From Alphaproteobacteria bacterium (lineage in GTDB: Bacteria; Pseudomonadota; Alphaproteobacteria; G965222575), in contig OZ244958.1 of assembly GCA_965222575.1 (NCBI GenBank), positions 288,001-352,000 of the forward strand: a stretch of DNA of 64,000 bases, read 5' to 3'. This document shows positions 9,777 through 18,330 of the stretch, in pieces. Under the pieces are notes generated by a model. It did no database searches. It was given only the letters and a program-made list of their open reading frames with translations, and had not been told where the DNA came from. Positions within the stretch are counted from its first letter, which is position 1; every line of letters starts with the position of its first letter. The position numbers were made by a program, and so were the translations under genes.

Positions 9777-10139
9777 TTACTCCACATACACCCAGACTTT
9801 GCCATCCTCCAGCGATTTTACCTTCCCAATGGCGGTATTGCCTGAATCAGATTTAATGACAGTTTGCGCATCAGATATATACGCACTGCCTCCTATTTCT
9901 GTCGCCGTTACACCCCCAGATGCCGCGTTCTTGAAACCAAAGACGCAACCACTGCGCACACGGACTTTCTCTCCTGCCTTCGCTCCATGAGTAGCAATGC
10001 CCACCAACACAGCATTTTCTTTCTTGGTGGCGGGTATGGCTTTGCCCCCAGAATTCTCCACAAGGTCTCCCTCCACTATTGTAGTACTTGCCTTAACAGT
10101 GAGCTCTACAATGTAATGACTGCTTCCTTTAACTAACAT
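9777..10139 (-). CDS. Capsid decoration/cement-like protein (single domain), paralog of the neighbouring gene
   Basis: VELTVKASTTIVEGDLVENSGGKAIPATKK matches the second domain of 9048-9773; likely start MLVKG. Confidence 0.65.
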   Translation of the reverse strand: MLVKGSSHYIVELTVKASTTIVEGDLVENSGGKAIPATKKENAVLVGIATHGAKAGEKVRVRSGCVFGFKNAASGGVTATEIGGSAYISDAQTVIKSDSGNTAIGKVKSLEDGKVWVYVE

Positions 10140-11028
10140 TTTGCTCTCCCTTTGTTTTTGAGTACTCTTTCTCATCTAATCCAAATTTCGCACAAACCTC
10201 CTTCTCCGCATCACTTAAAGTCTCTATTTTCCCGCCCCCCGTAGGTGTAGACAACGGCGCAAACAGTGCCAACTTCTCAGACTTGCTAGCGAGTATCTCC
10301 GTTACATACTCACTGCCTCCCTCTTTCTCAAGCCAACCTAAATACGTGGCTTTTTCAGTTGGGAGTACTTTGCCTTCCGCACAAGAAGCTTCTACTTGCG
10401 CTTTTAATGCGTGCTTTTCCTCCTTAAGCTTCTCTTCCTCCGCCTTTTCTTGTTCTGCTTTGAGCGCAAGGTTTTCCTTTTCTAATAGCTCAACCTGCTT
10501 CTGCAATGTCAAAAGCTCAGTCTGCTCAACAGCCGCTGTTACTGGTTGTTTGTCCGTCATTGTAGTCTCCTGTTGTGTAGTAAATAATTCTTTCAAGGAC
10601 AACGCTGGGTTGTTTGTTAAAGCAATGCGCTTGATTTTGCGCACAATGAATTTGTCTTTTCTCCCTTCATAATCTAACACCTCCTCGCCTGTTAAAGTAG
10701 GCGACAACCCCCTGAATTCCTTGTCCTCAACAGACTTTTTCCCCACTTCTGTCCACTCAACATCTCCCCATATGCCGCTCGACTCCGCTTTTAAGTTGCG
10801 TACCCAGCCAGCCGCCTTACTTGACCCACCGTACTTGTCGGTGCCATGGTCAAAGTCTATATGGATTTCCTTTGGCGAGGCCTTGATAATCTCCTCTAGC
10901 GACTCAAAGTCCATGACACGCCCATCGCGTGCTGTAATCTTGCCCGCACGAGGCGTAATCTGTATCCGCACAGGCGCCGTCACCTCGGCCGCTAACGCAA
11001 TCTCTAAGTAATAGTTTTCAGTATCCAT
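10129..11028 (-). CDS. Mu-like I prohead protease/scaffold
   Basis: ARDGR, IDFDHGT, KAAGWV, GIWGDVEWT, FRGLSP, ALTNNPAL motifs with coiled-coil C-terminus; start MDTENY. Confidence 0.93.
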   Translation of the reverse strand: MDTENYYLEIALAAEVTAPVRIQITPRAGKITARDGRVMDFESLEEIIKASPKEIHIDFDHGTDKYGGSSKAAGWVRNLKAESSGIWGDVEWTEVGKKSVEDKEFRGLSPTLTGEEVLDYEGRKDKFIVRKIKRIALTNNPALSLKELFTTQQETTMTDKQPVTAAVEQTELLTLQKQVELLEKENLALKAEQEKAEEEKLKEEKHALKAQVEASCAEGKVLPTEKATYLGWLEKEGGSEYVTEILASKSEKLALFAPLSTPTGGGKIETLSDAEKEVCAKFGLDEKEYSKTKGEQNVS

Positions 11029-11034
11029 ATCCCC

Positions 11035-11070
11035 CTTATACACCCCCTAAAACCCCTTGTTCAGAGTCTA
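11035..11070 (-). promoter_or_regulatory. Putative phage late promoter (TAGACTCTGAACA-17nt-TATAAG), 6 nt before the protease ATG
   Basis: Same 13-mer and spacing as at 3596-3631. Confidence 0.6.
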
Positions 11071-11097
11071 CTGAAACTTTTTTTGTGTCTAGACACT

Positions 11098-11125
11098 TTG
11101 ACTTTTAGAAGAGTTCGTATACAAT
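11098..11125 (+). promoter_or_regulatory. Sigma70-like promoter TTGACT-16nt-TACAAT directly upstream of a solitary CRISPR repeat
   Basis: The -10 ends 6 nt before the repeat; perfect palindrome GTGTCTAGACAC at 11085-11096 just upstream of the -35. Confidence 0.6.
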
Positions 11126-11131
11126 AATCTT

Positions 11132-11163
11132 GTCGCGCCCCTCGCGGGTGCGTGCATTGAAAC
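11132..11163 (+). CRISPR. Solitary type I-C-like CRISPR repeat (no array)
   Basis: GTCGCGCCCCTCGCGGGTGCGTGCATTGAAAC: 32 nt, GTCGC start, hairpin, ATTGAAAC end, as in I-C repeats. Confidence 0.85.
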
Positions 11164-11513
11164 ATCTTAGCAAGCTTAATACCCTGAGTAATAAAGTCCT
11201 CAGCCTGATTGTACGGGGGGTTGGTAACAATGTTGGGGACTTGCTTGTAGCAGGAGAGCGCTGAGATGAAATCCCAACCCGCCTCGCCATATCCATACTC
11301 GTAAAGGTCAGTTGATTTCACACAATATCCCGCCTGCTCTAATACTTTAGACATCGCCCCTAGTCCGCAAGCAGGCTCCCAGATATCGCCGACAAACTGC
11401 TCACACTTCAACAGCGCTTCTGTCGCCCAAACAGGAGTCGGATAAAAATCCGATTCAGGTCTACGCGGGGAACCACTAGTGGGGAACCCATTACTTTCCT
11501 TGATTTTCTTCAT
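11164..11513 (-). pseudogene. Small phage SAM-dependent N6-adenine methyltransferase, truncated at the CRISPR repeat
   Basis: DFYPTP, IWEPACGLG, TDL, NIVTNPPY motifs; after GIKLAKM the ORF reads through the repeat and promoter to a stop at 11061. Confidence 0.75.
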
Positions 11514-11627
11514 CTACCTGCTATAATAATTGGTAATGATGTCTGGGGAAGTTAAGTAGCATTGATCCACGGAAAGGTCGCCACTGCCGCTTCTTTGCTT
11601 CAGGTAAGCCGTGTTGCTTGGAGTACA

Positions 11628-12896
11628 TCATTTGCGTGTTCCCCCTTTTTTATATAAAAGAAACCCTTCTCGGACGTTGTTTAAGGTGTTCTTTTGACTG
11701 CGATTCAAAAATGTTAAGTCCTCTAACATACCTGCCGCCCCCTGAATAACAAAAATAACGTTGCTTTGTTCACCAAAATCAAGATTACAAATATATCTCT
11801 TTCTGATAACAGGCATACTCCTGCCCTTATAAACTCTCCTTTCAATGGTGCGCCAGATTTCTTGAGGGTTCTTGATTGCCTCCAGTAGTCCGCTTATATA
11901 TTTCCCACGCTTCAACCCCTTGCTCTGATATAAGTGTAGAGCTAGAGACTTTGCGTTTACTCTCACCGCTCCACCCATCACATCTTTCATGATGACATTA
12001 CCCCCACCCATGACTTTAGCAATGGATTCTTCCAGCTCTTTACCACTTGATGGCGAAGGGCTTGGCTTCATTTTTTTCAGTACGGGCAACTTTTCCTCAA
12101 GTCCGTGGTCTTTCCAATTTTTCAGGTTTTTGTTTGTTATCATCCACTTTTTTTTGTTCATCCCCCACGCCCGCAGTGTCGCAAACCCGAGGAAATCCGC
12201 GTAATTCCCCGTCCCAGCATTATAGGCAAAGCCCGGTGATATCCCCTGTGGCACACTCACCATTACCCGCCCCGCACTTGTGGTCATAGGGCGTATTTCC
12301 TTCCTAACGCGGGGGGCTTTTTTGGCAACTTTTAATCCTCGCCGACCCAAATCCCTATCATTAAGACTTTGGACACTACACCGACAACCCCAGCCATTAG
12401 GCGGCGTATGAGTCGACCACCACCCATCATCCACAGGGAGTATGGTATTATGCCAACTGCCATGCTCCGGGCGCTCCCGACCATCCATTAGTGCCGTATA
12501 ACGGAGATAGGGACGCGTTTCTTTGGTTGACTGTATCTGCTCCCACCGCCCTGCCGCATAGGCACTCCGTATGTTGGTCTGATAGATTATTCGACTCCGC
12601 CATGCTTTGTACTTTCTTCCTCCCTTTTGATACTTTTTCCAGCCGTGCCGTCCCGCAATTTCATTGAGATTTTTTCTGAACCACTTTAAGTCCTTGCCCT
12701 CTTCCATTGCGCGCAACAGAGAAGTATGGATATCCGCTAAACATTGCTCATTGCGCAGACCAGCCACCATAAAGGCACGACTATGCGCCCCCTGCCAAAT
12801 GTCATTCCAGCGCTCTGTTGGAACTTTGTGCTTCTTCTGCAGGAAATCAATAGCTTCTCCAAAAGGTAAGCCTCTGTTTATGACCTCACTCGTCAT
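11628..12896 (-). CDS. MuF/SPP1 gp7 minor head protein with C-terminal PBECR2-like extension
   Basis: AFMVAG, YQTNIRSAYAAGRW, DGRERPEH, PPNGWGCRC motifs; C-terminal LEAIKNPQEIW...KRYI. Confidence 0.88.
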   Translation of the reverse strand: MTSEVINRGLPFGEAIDFLQKKHKVPTERWNDIWQGAHSRAFMVAGLRNEQCLADIHTSLLRAMEEGKDLKWFRKNLNEIAGRHGWKKYQKGGRKYKAWRSRIIYQTNIRSAYAAGRWEQIQSTKETRPYLRYTALMDGRERPEHGSWHNTILPVDDGWWSTHTPPNGWGCRCSVQSLNDRDLGRRGLKVAKKAPRVRKEIRPMTTSAGRVMVSVPQGISPGFAYNAGTGNYADFLGFATLRAWGMNKKKWMITNKNLKNWKDHGLEEKLPVLKKMKPSPSPSSGKELEESIAKVMGGGNVIMKDVMGGAVRVNAKSLALHLYQSKGLKRGKYISGLLEAIKNPQEIWRTIERRVYKGRSMPVIRKRYICNLDFGEQSNVIFVIQGAAGMLEDLTFLNRSQKNTLNNVREGFLLYKKGGTRK

Positions 12897-14120
12897 TATC
12901 TTTGTATTCGTCTTGCCCTACCAAATGAGACAACGCTATGGCTTGTTGTAGTTTCTTTGGCGCTTCCCCTTTGATGTCTAACGCCTCTAGTTTGCCCGCC
13001 AAATCCTCTAAGGATGTAGCTTTGTTAGTAAGCTTTTCAATGTCTTTTAATATCTCCGCATCCCCATCACTCTCAAGCGATTCCTCTACTAAATAATCCA
13101 CACTATCCAGCACCTCCTCATCTTCTCCTGCTGCCATCTCTTCGTCTTTAGAGACCTCAGAGAGGCTTTGTGTGGTCATCCCCTCTGTCGCACCTGTCCG
13201 CGAAGGCGTATCATTTTCGTCCTTAGGCGCCGGCAATCCTAACTTTGAGCGTATAGCCTCTGCTGAGATTTTTACCCCTCTATCCATGGCCTTCATCACC
13301 ATGTCCATATCCGCCTTTTCTTCTGGCTCTATGACAATCTTGGGATATGCCTGCCTCTCACCACGATTAAGTGCCACTATCAACGGCACGACTTGCCTAT
13401 TGATTGTCTGGGCAATGGCAGTAGCATCCGACCTTAAAATAGAGGCTTTAACTTCGCCGTGGACTTTGGCTTGTGACATTGACGACCCGTCATCCGTTGT
13501 CATAGTTTGACCCAACACAAGCTTTGATATCTGTTTGTTAGAGTATTCTAACAATTTCTGATGGTCTGAGGAGGATTGGCCTTTGCCCCAAATCAACTCT
13601 ATATTCATACTTTGAGGCACCGCCGCCGCCATGTCAGACGACAGATTACGCAAGGCGCTCAACAGCTTTGTCTTGTCCTCTTCAGTGGCCTCCGCCCCAA
13701 ACTTGCCAACTCGAATAGGTTTGCCGAACAGTTCAAGATATTCCACCCAATCCTTCAGACTGAATTGCTGGTACAACCACAGCATCAACGCAGGCATAAG
13801 TAATCCTGCCGGAGTACCAGAAGACTTAAAACTATGCCGATGCACAACAATTTTGCCTTGTGGGATTTCCTCTTCATCTCCGACACTAGTGTCCTCTTTT
13901 TTCAGTTTCCATGCCCCCTCTTTGTGGACAAATCCCCTTTGGTCACGCCATTGAATATCCGGATGCCATACGTCCGAGTGGCGCCAAACAAGCTCTCCTA
14001 CCGAAAAACCCTTGGGGAGTGCGTCAAGTAAATCATAGACTACCTCTTCCCACGCTAATGACGATATCCATTGCTCTATTAACTCAGCATCGTCCTTTGA
14101 CGAAGGCGTATCATCCGCCG
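12886..14120 (-). pseudogene. Mu gp29-like portal (DUF935), frameshifted near 13900 and missing its N-terminus
   Basis: ELFGKPIRVGKF, ISKLVLGQTMTT; upstream frame reads ADDTPSSKDDAELIEQW...YDLLDALPKGFSVGELVW and ends where the ankyrin gene begins. Confidence 0.85.
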
Positions 14121-14588
14121 CTACACGAAGCAGCGAAAAAGGGGGATTTACAACAGTGCCAAGAGTTAATTTTGAAGGGACACGATGTTAATGAAAGAGA
14201 AGATAGTCGTTGGTCTGGTCACTTCACTCCTCTTCATTATGCTGCGGCGAGGGGACATTTGGATGTTGTATATTTACTCCTAAGTAGTGGTGCTCTTATT
14301 GATGCTCGGACTGTTTCAATGCGTGATACCCCCTTGGATAGAGCAAACAACAGAAGAAAGTGGAATGACGATGAGAGTACTAAGAAAATAGCGCTATTTT
14401 TAGCACAAGGAGGCGTTTGGGTAGAGGGACAAGATATCAACAAGGCTCTCCCTTCTGAGAAGGATAATACCCAAACACAGCCTAATGACCCCGATGAAGA
14501 TGATGGTGGTACTTTCTGGTTCTGGTTTTGGCTGATTTCAGCTATTTTCGTTGGCCTCGTAATTATAAGAAGAAAGAAGAAGAAATAG
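14112..14588 (+). CDS. Ankyrin-repeat protein with C-terminal TM anchor and basic tail; native 5' end apparently lost
   Basis: PLHEAAKKG, TPLHYAAARGH, TPLDRA; FWFWFWLISAIFVGLVII then RRKKKK; the first ~65 aa of ORF 13911 are antisense portal sequence. Confidence 0.75.
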   Translation, partial: HPPLHEAAKKGDLQQCQELILKGHDVNEREDSRWSGHFTPLHYAAARGHLDVVYLLLSSGALIDARTVSMRDTPLDRANNRRKWNDDESTKKIALFLAQGGVWVEGQDINKALPSEKDNTQTQPNDPDEDDGGTFWFWFWLISAIFVGLVIIRRKKKK

Positions 14589-14649
14589 CGTGTTGCCAAG
14601 CACGCTTTATAGCTTTATAGTATATTTATGGATAAAAATATAAAGGTGA

Positions 14650-15075
14650 ATGATGAAAAAGCTAATGATACTCAGTGCTTTGGGTGTAATCATAACACTT
14701 ACTTTTCATAGCCACCCTGTTAAGGCAGGAGTTTTAGATTCACTGCTCAAGCAACTGGTTGAGGAGAAAACTGGTATCTCAATTGACCAACTGACAAAGT
14801 CTATCCAAGAGGCAGCAAAAGCTGGAGATTTGAAGGGGATAAAAAAATTCATAGGGGAGGGAGCAAACATCAATGGGAGTTCTTTCGCGGACTCACCGCT
14901 GAAAAAAGCTATTGAGGGGGGGCACAAGGAGGTAGTAGCGTTCCTAGTGGAGAAGGGGGCTTCTGTGAAGGTACAGGATAAGGACGGCTTAACACCGCTT
15001 CAGTTAGCGGTTAAAGGAGGCAATAAGGATATAATTAGTATCCTAGAAACAGAACTCAATAAGACAGAAAATTAG
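14650..15075 (+). CDS. Secreted ankyrin-repeat protein (copy 1, intact signal peptide)
   Basis: MKKLMILSALGVIITL...VKA signal peptide; SPLKKAIEGGH and TPLQLAVKGG repeats. Confidence 0.88.
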   Translation: MMKKLMILSALGVIITLTFHSHPVKAGVLDSLLKQLVEEKTGISIDQLTKSIQEAAKAGDLKGIKKFIGEGANINGSSFADSPLKKAIEGGHKEVVAFLVEKGASVKVQDKDGLTPLQLAVKGGNKDIISILETELNKTEN

Positions 15076-15177
15076 TGCGTAAGCTGTAGCTTGTGCTCTT
15101 CTTTGTAGGCTTTCTCAAACAAAGCTTCACCTTTGTCTCTTGAAAACACCTGTTCCAATTTTGGACATCAATTAGTT

Positions 15178-15197
15178 TCTAATTTTTTACCACAATT
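15178..15197. repeat. 20-bp motif TCTAATTTTTTACCACAATT, repeated at 26836-26855
   Basis: Exact match; both copies lie downstream of a tRNA 3' end. Confidence 0.75.
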
Positions 15198-15217
15198 CAC
15201 AAAGGGTTGCCATGAGT

Positions 15218-15294
15218 TGGTGGGCGGTGACGGGCTCGAACCGCCGACCCTCTCGGTGTAAACGAGATGCTCTACCAAACTGAGCTAACCGCCC
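15218..15294 (-). tRNA. tRNA-Val(TAC)
   Basis: GGGCGGTTAGCTCAG...TCTCG TT TAC AC CGAGA...GGTTCGAGCCC...CCGCCCACCA cloverleaf with encoded CCA. Confidence 0.97.
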
Positions 15295-15335
15295 CCTCCG
15301 AAAAAAAACTTCCTCGTAAACCCCAGTAGCACAAC

Positions 15336-15542
15336 CTATATATAAAACGATGGACGCTTCCTCATCACCTTACGTGAACGCCGAAGCGTCTCAGAACGCT
15401 CCCGCTTCTTCCTCTCCGAAGGCTTCTCGTAATAACGATGCAACTTCATCTTCCTCAATAACCCCTCACGCTGTAGCTTCTTCTTCAAAAACTTCAACGC
15501 ATGCTCTATATTCCCTCCTCTCACCGTCACTTCTAACGTCAT
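15336..15542 (-). CDS. rpsU: 30S ribosomal protein S21
   Basis: NIEHALKFLKKKLQREG...YYEKPSERKKR. Confidence 0.95.
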   Translation of the reverse strand: MTLEVTVRGGNIEHALKFLKKKLQREGLLRKMKLHRYYEKPSERKKRERSETLRRSRKVMRKRPSFYI

Positions 15543-15710
15543 AAAAATCCCACTCAACCTTTCTTCATTACTTCCCCCACAAAAGCATACACCCTCTTAA
15601 AAAAACTCGCAAGATAAAAATCCCCCACAAATTCCCCTCTACATTTTTCCCTCACTATCCTTTATGATAGCATAAAGGCTCAACCTTCCCTCGTAAACCA
15701 TGCCCCCACT

Positions 15711-15989
15711 ATGAAAACACAACACAAAATCCTCCGAAGCTTCCTACAAGAATGGCAAGAATGGATCGCTTCCTTACTCGCTATCATCGGCTGCTTGCTC
15801 CTCGCTTTGAACTCCCTTGTCCTCTCAAAATGGGCTTACCTCTTCCTGCTCCCCTCTACCTTAGGATGGCTCGTCCTGTCTTGGCAACGGCATATGCCAC
15901 ACCTTGCTCTCCTCAATATCGTCTTGTCCTTTATCAATGTCTGGGGACTCTATGCATGGATCATTATCCCTCTCCTCTCATCACAATGA
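15711..15989 (+). CDS. Small membrane protein (about 3 TM segments)
   Basis: Hydrophobic EWIASLLAIIG...INVWGLYAW; stop overlaps the cysS ATG. Confidence 0.6.
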   Translation: MKTQHKILRSFLQEWQEWIASLLAIIGCLLLALNSLVLSKWAYLFLLPSTLGWLVLSWQRHMPHLALLNIVLSFINVWGLYAWIIIPLLSSQ

Positions 15990-17347
15990 TTATCCCTCCT
16001 CTCTTGCTCTATGATACACCAAAAGGCAAAAAACGACCCTTCATACCACGCAACCCTCAGCAAGTCGCTCTTTATGTCTGTGGCCCTACTGTCTATGACT
16101 CCCCTCATATCGGTAATGCGCGCGGTGCCCTGACCTTTGACCTCTGGGTACGACTCTTAAGACTCTTTTGGAACGTCAACTATATTAGAAATATCACAGA
16201 TATCGATGATAAAATCCTCGCCAAAGCACAACAAACAAAAATCCCTTGGCAAACAATCGTTGAAAACAATATCAAAGCCTATCATGCAGACATGGAGTGC
16301 TTGGGACTTTTGAACCCTTCTCACGAGCCAAGAGCGACACAGCATGTCCCTCAAATTATCGATTTTATTCAAAAAATCCTCTCAAAAAAACACGCCTACA
16401 CTAACCATCAACATGTCCTATTCGATGTCACAAAAACGAAACATTATGGACAGTTCGCACGCAAAACCCTCTCGGAAATGATCCCCGGCAAACGGGTCAC
16501 TGTAGAAAACTACAAAAAAAATCCTCTGGACTTCATCCTGTGGAAACCCTCCCATGACAATGAAGCAGGATGGAACTCCCCTTGGGGACGCGGACGACCA
16601 GGATGGCACATAGAATGCTCCGTTATGTGCTACCTTTATTGCGGCGAAACTATCGATATCCACGCAGGCGGCGCTGACCTCATCTTCCCTCACCATCAAA
16701 ACGAACTAGCTCAAACAACAGCCCTCACACACAAACCCTTAGCCAATTATTGGCTCCACAACGGACTGTTAACCACCAATAATGCTAAAATGTCCAAAAC
16801 CGTCGGCAATATCTTCTTGGTGAAAGACCTCCTCAAAACCTTCCAACCAGAAGTCCTCCGCTTAGCCCTCATCAAAACACACTATCGACAACAACTCTCC
16901 TTCTCAACCTCAACCCTCAAACAGGCAAAAGACCTCTTAGATAAATGGTACAGACTACTCCTCTCTCAACCCCCAACCCCCCTAACCCCCCCTAAACCCC
17001 ACAACCCAACTTCTCTTCAAGCAGACTTTCTAAACGCTCTCATGGATGACCTCAATATTCCAAAAGCTCTCTCCGTCCTCCATGTACTAGCAGAAAATGA
17101 ACCCATCTCTGCCCTCAAACACAACGCCCAATTCCTTGGACTCCTCCTGCAAAACCCTCAACAATGGTTCCAAGACCAAACAGAGACAACCTTAAAACAA
17201 GAGGATATCCAACAGTTAGTGCTCGCACGACAAACCGCACGGAAAAACAAAAACTTCAAAGACGCTGATGCTATTCGTGATAAGCTCTTAAAATATGGCA
17301 TTGCTCTTGAAGATAAAGGGGACAAAACCTTTTGGAGAGGAAAATGA
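15986..17347 (+). CDS. cysS: Cysteine--tRNA ligase
   Basis: [28 protein letters not shown]; start MIIPP. Confidence 0.97.
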   Translation: MIIPPLLLYDTPKGKKRPFIPRNPQQVALYVCGPTVYDSPHIGNARGALTFDLWVRLLRLFWNVNYIRNITDIDDKILAKAQQTKIPWQTIVENNIKAYHADMECLGLLNPSHEPRATQHVPQIIDFIQKILSKKHAYTNHQHVLFDVTKTKHYGQFARKTLSEMIPGKRVTVENYKKNPLDFILWKPSHDNEAGWNSPWGRGRPGWHIECSVMCYLYCGETIDIHAGGADLIFPHHQNELAQTTALTHKPLANYWLHNGLLTTNNAKMSKTVGNIFLVKDLLKTFQPEVLRLALIKTHYRQQLSFSTSTLKQAKDLLDKWYRLLLSQPPTPLTPPKPHNPTSLQADFLNALMDDLNIPKALSVLHVLAENEPISALKHNAQFLGLLLQNPQQWFQDQTETTLKQEDIQQLVLARQTARKNKNFKDADAIRDKLLKYGIALEDKGDKTFWRGK

Positions 17348-18330
17348 GATTCCTAACAGCTTTTTCTTGTCTCTCTTTTCTTTTCATCATGCCTAAAACT
17401 CATGGTGTTGATAAACCCTTCCCCCAATGGCTCAAACAGCTCAAACAAGAAGCATTAGCCAAAGGATTTCAGCCGTTACTTGTGAAAACCGCCCTTGATG
17501 TCACCTATCGTGAGCAAATCCTCAAAAAAGACCAAAACCAACCCGAACAAAAACGCCTCTTCCAAGAGTACAAATCCGCCCTTCTTTCACCCAGCCGCAT
17601 CAGAAAAGGACAACAAATTCTGTCACAACACCATGCCCTCCTTGAGAAAATAGAACAGACTTACGGCGTGCCGAAATCACTCCTTGTAGCTATTACAGGT
17701 GTAGAAAGCTTCTATGGATTACAGCAAGGCAAAATCCCTGTGGGGGAAGCTCTTGTGGCACTGGCGTATCATAGCCGCCGTAGTACCTTCTTTCGTCGCG
17801 AAGTCTTTGCTTTCTTAAACATTGTCAAAACACTGAATATTCCCCCTAAAAGTCTCCTAGGTTCATGGGCAGGCGCTTTGGGGATGATTCAATTTTTGCC
17901 CACAACCTATCTTGCCTATGCTGTAGATTTTGATGCCGATGGAAAAACCGATATCTGGAAAAACTGGGCGGATGCTTTTGCTTCCGTAGCCTCTTTCCTC
18001 AAACAACGAGGATGGAACACCTCTTCTTATTGGTTTGAAAAAGTTTCCCTCCCCCCACAGTTCCTCATGCCTGCACACTTAAAATCAGGCTGTACCCTTA
18101 TCGAAAAACTGCCTTCACCCAATACTTTGCCACACTGGCGCACAAAAAGACTCAAACTTCTCTCAAAATACCACCCCTCCCTCCCTACAGATGACCAGAA
18201 ACTCTACCTCATCACCCTAGACAACAACGCATACTTAGTAACAAGCCATTATCTTGCCTTATTATCCTATAATTGCTCCCATTACTATGCGCTTTCTATC
18301 ACCCATCTCGCACATGCTTTCCAACAATAA
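17344..18330 (+). CDS. Lytic murein transglycosylase (MltB/SLT_2 family)
   Basis: GVESFYG, GSWAGALGMIQFLPT, AVDFDADGKTDIW, YNCSHYYA. Confidence 0.9.
   Translation: MRFLTAFSCLSFLFIMPKTHGVDKPFPQWLKQLKQEALAKGFQPLLVKTALDVTYREQILKKDQNQPEQKRLFQEYKSALLSPSRIRKGQQILSQHHALLEKIEQTYGVPKSLLVAITGVESFYGLQQGKIPVGEALVALAYHSRRSTFFRREVFAFLNIVKTLNIPPKSLLGSWAGALGMIQFLPTTYLAYAVDFDADGKTDIWKNWADAFASVASFLKQRGWNTSSYWFEKVSLPPQFLMPAHLKSGCTLIEKLPSPNTLPHWRTKRLKLLSKYHPSLPTDDQKLYLITLDNNAYLVTSHYLALLSYNCSHYYALSITHLAHAFQQ

Larger units (their letters stand above)
1..15217 (-). mobile_element. Degenerate prophage (Mu-like head module plus P2-like contractile tail) adjacent to the 3' end of tRNA-Val; left end outside window
   Basis: Co-oriented portal, MuF, protease, major capsid, gp36, gpG, gp37, V, W, J, I, fibre, sheath and tube genes; frameshifts in W, J and portal; no terminase or integrase visible. 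Confidence 0.88.

Noticed and set aside
11196-11228. Possible degenerate second repeat (GTCCTC...TTGGTAAC) 32 nt after the solitary repeat
   Set aside because: Only the ends resemble the repeat, there is no matching hairpin, and it encodes the conserved VTNPPY MTase motif on the other strand; probably chance
13911-14111. N-terminal extension of the ankyrin ORF
   Set aside because: It is antisense portal sequence (LLDALPKGFSVGELVW on the minus strand)
14313-14322. GTTTCAATGC, matching the reverse end of the I-C repeat
   Set aside because: Only 10 bp, no hairpin, inside ankyrin coding sequence
15752-15985. N-terminal extension of CysS
   Set aside because: Overlaps the membrane-protein ORF; CysS homology starts at [11 protein letters not shown]
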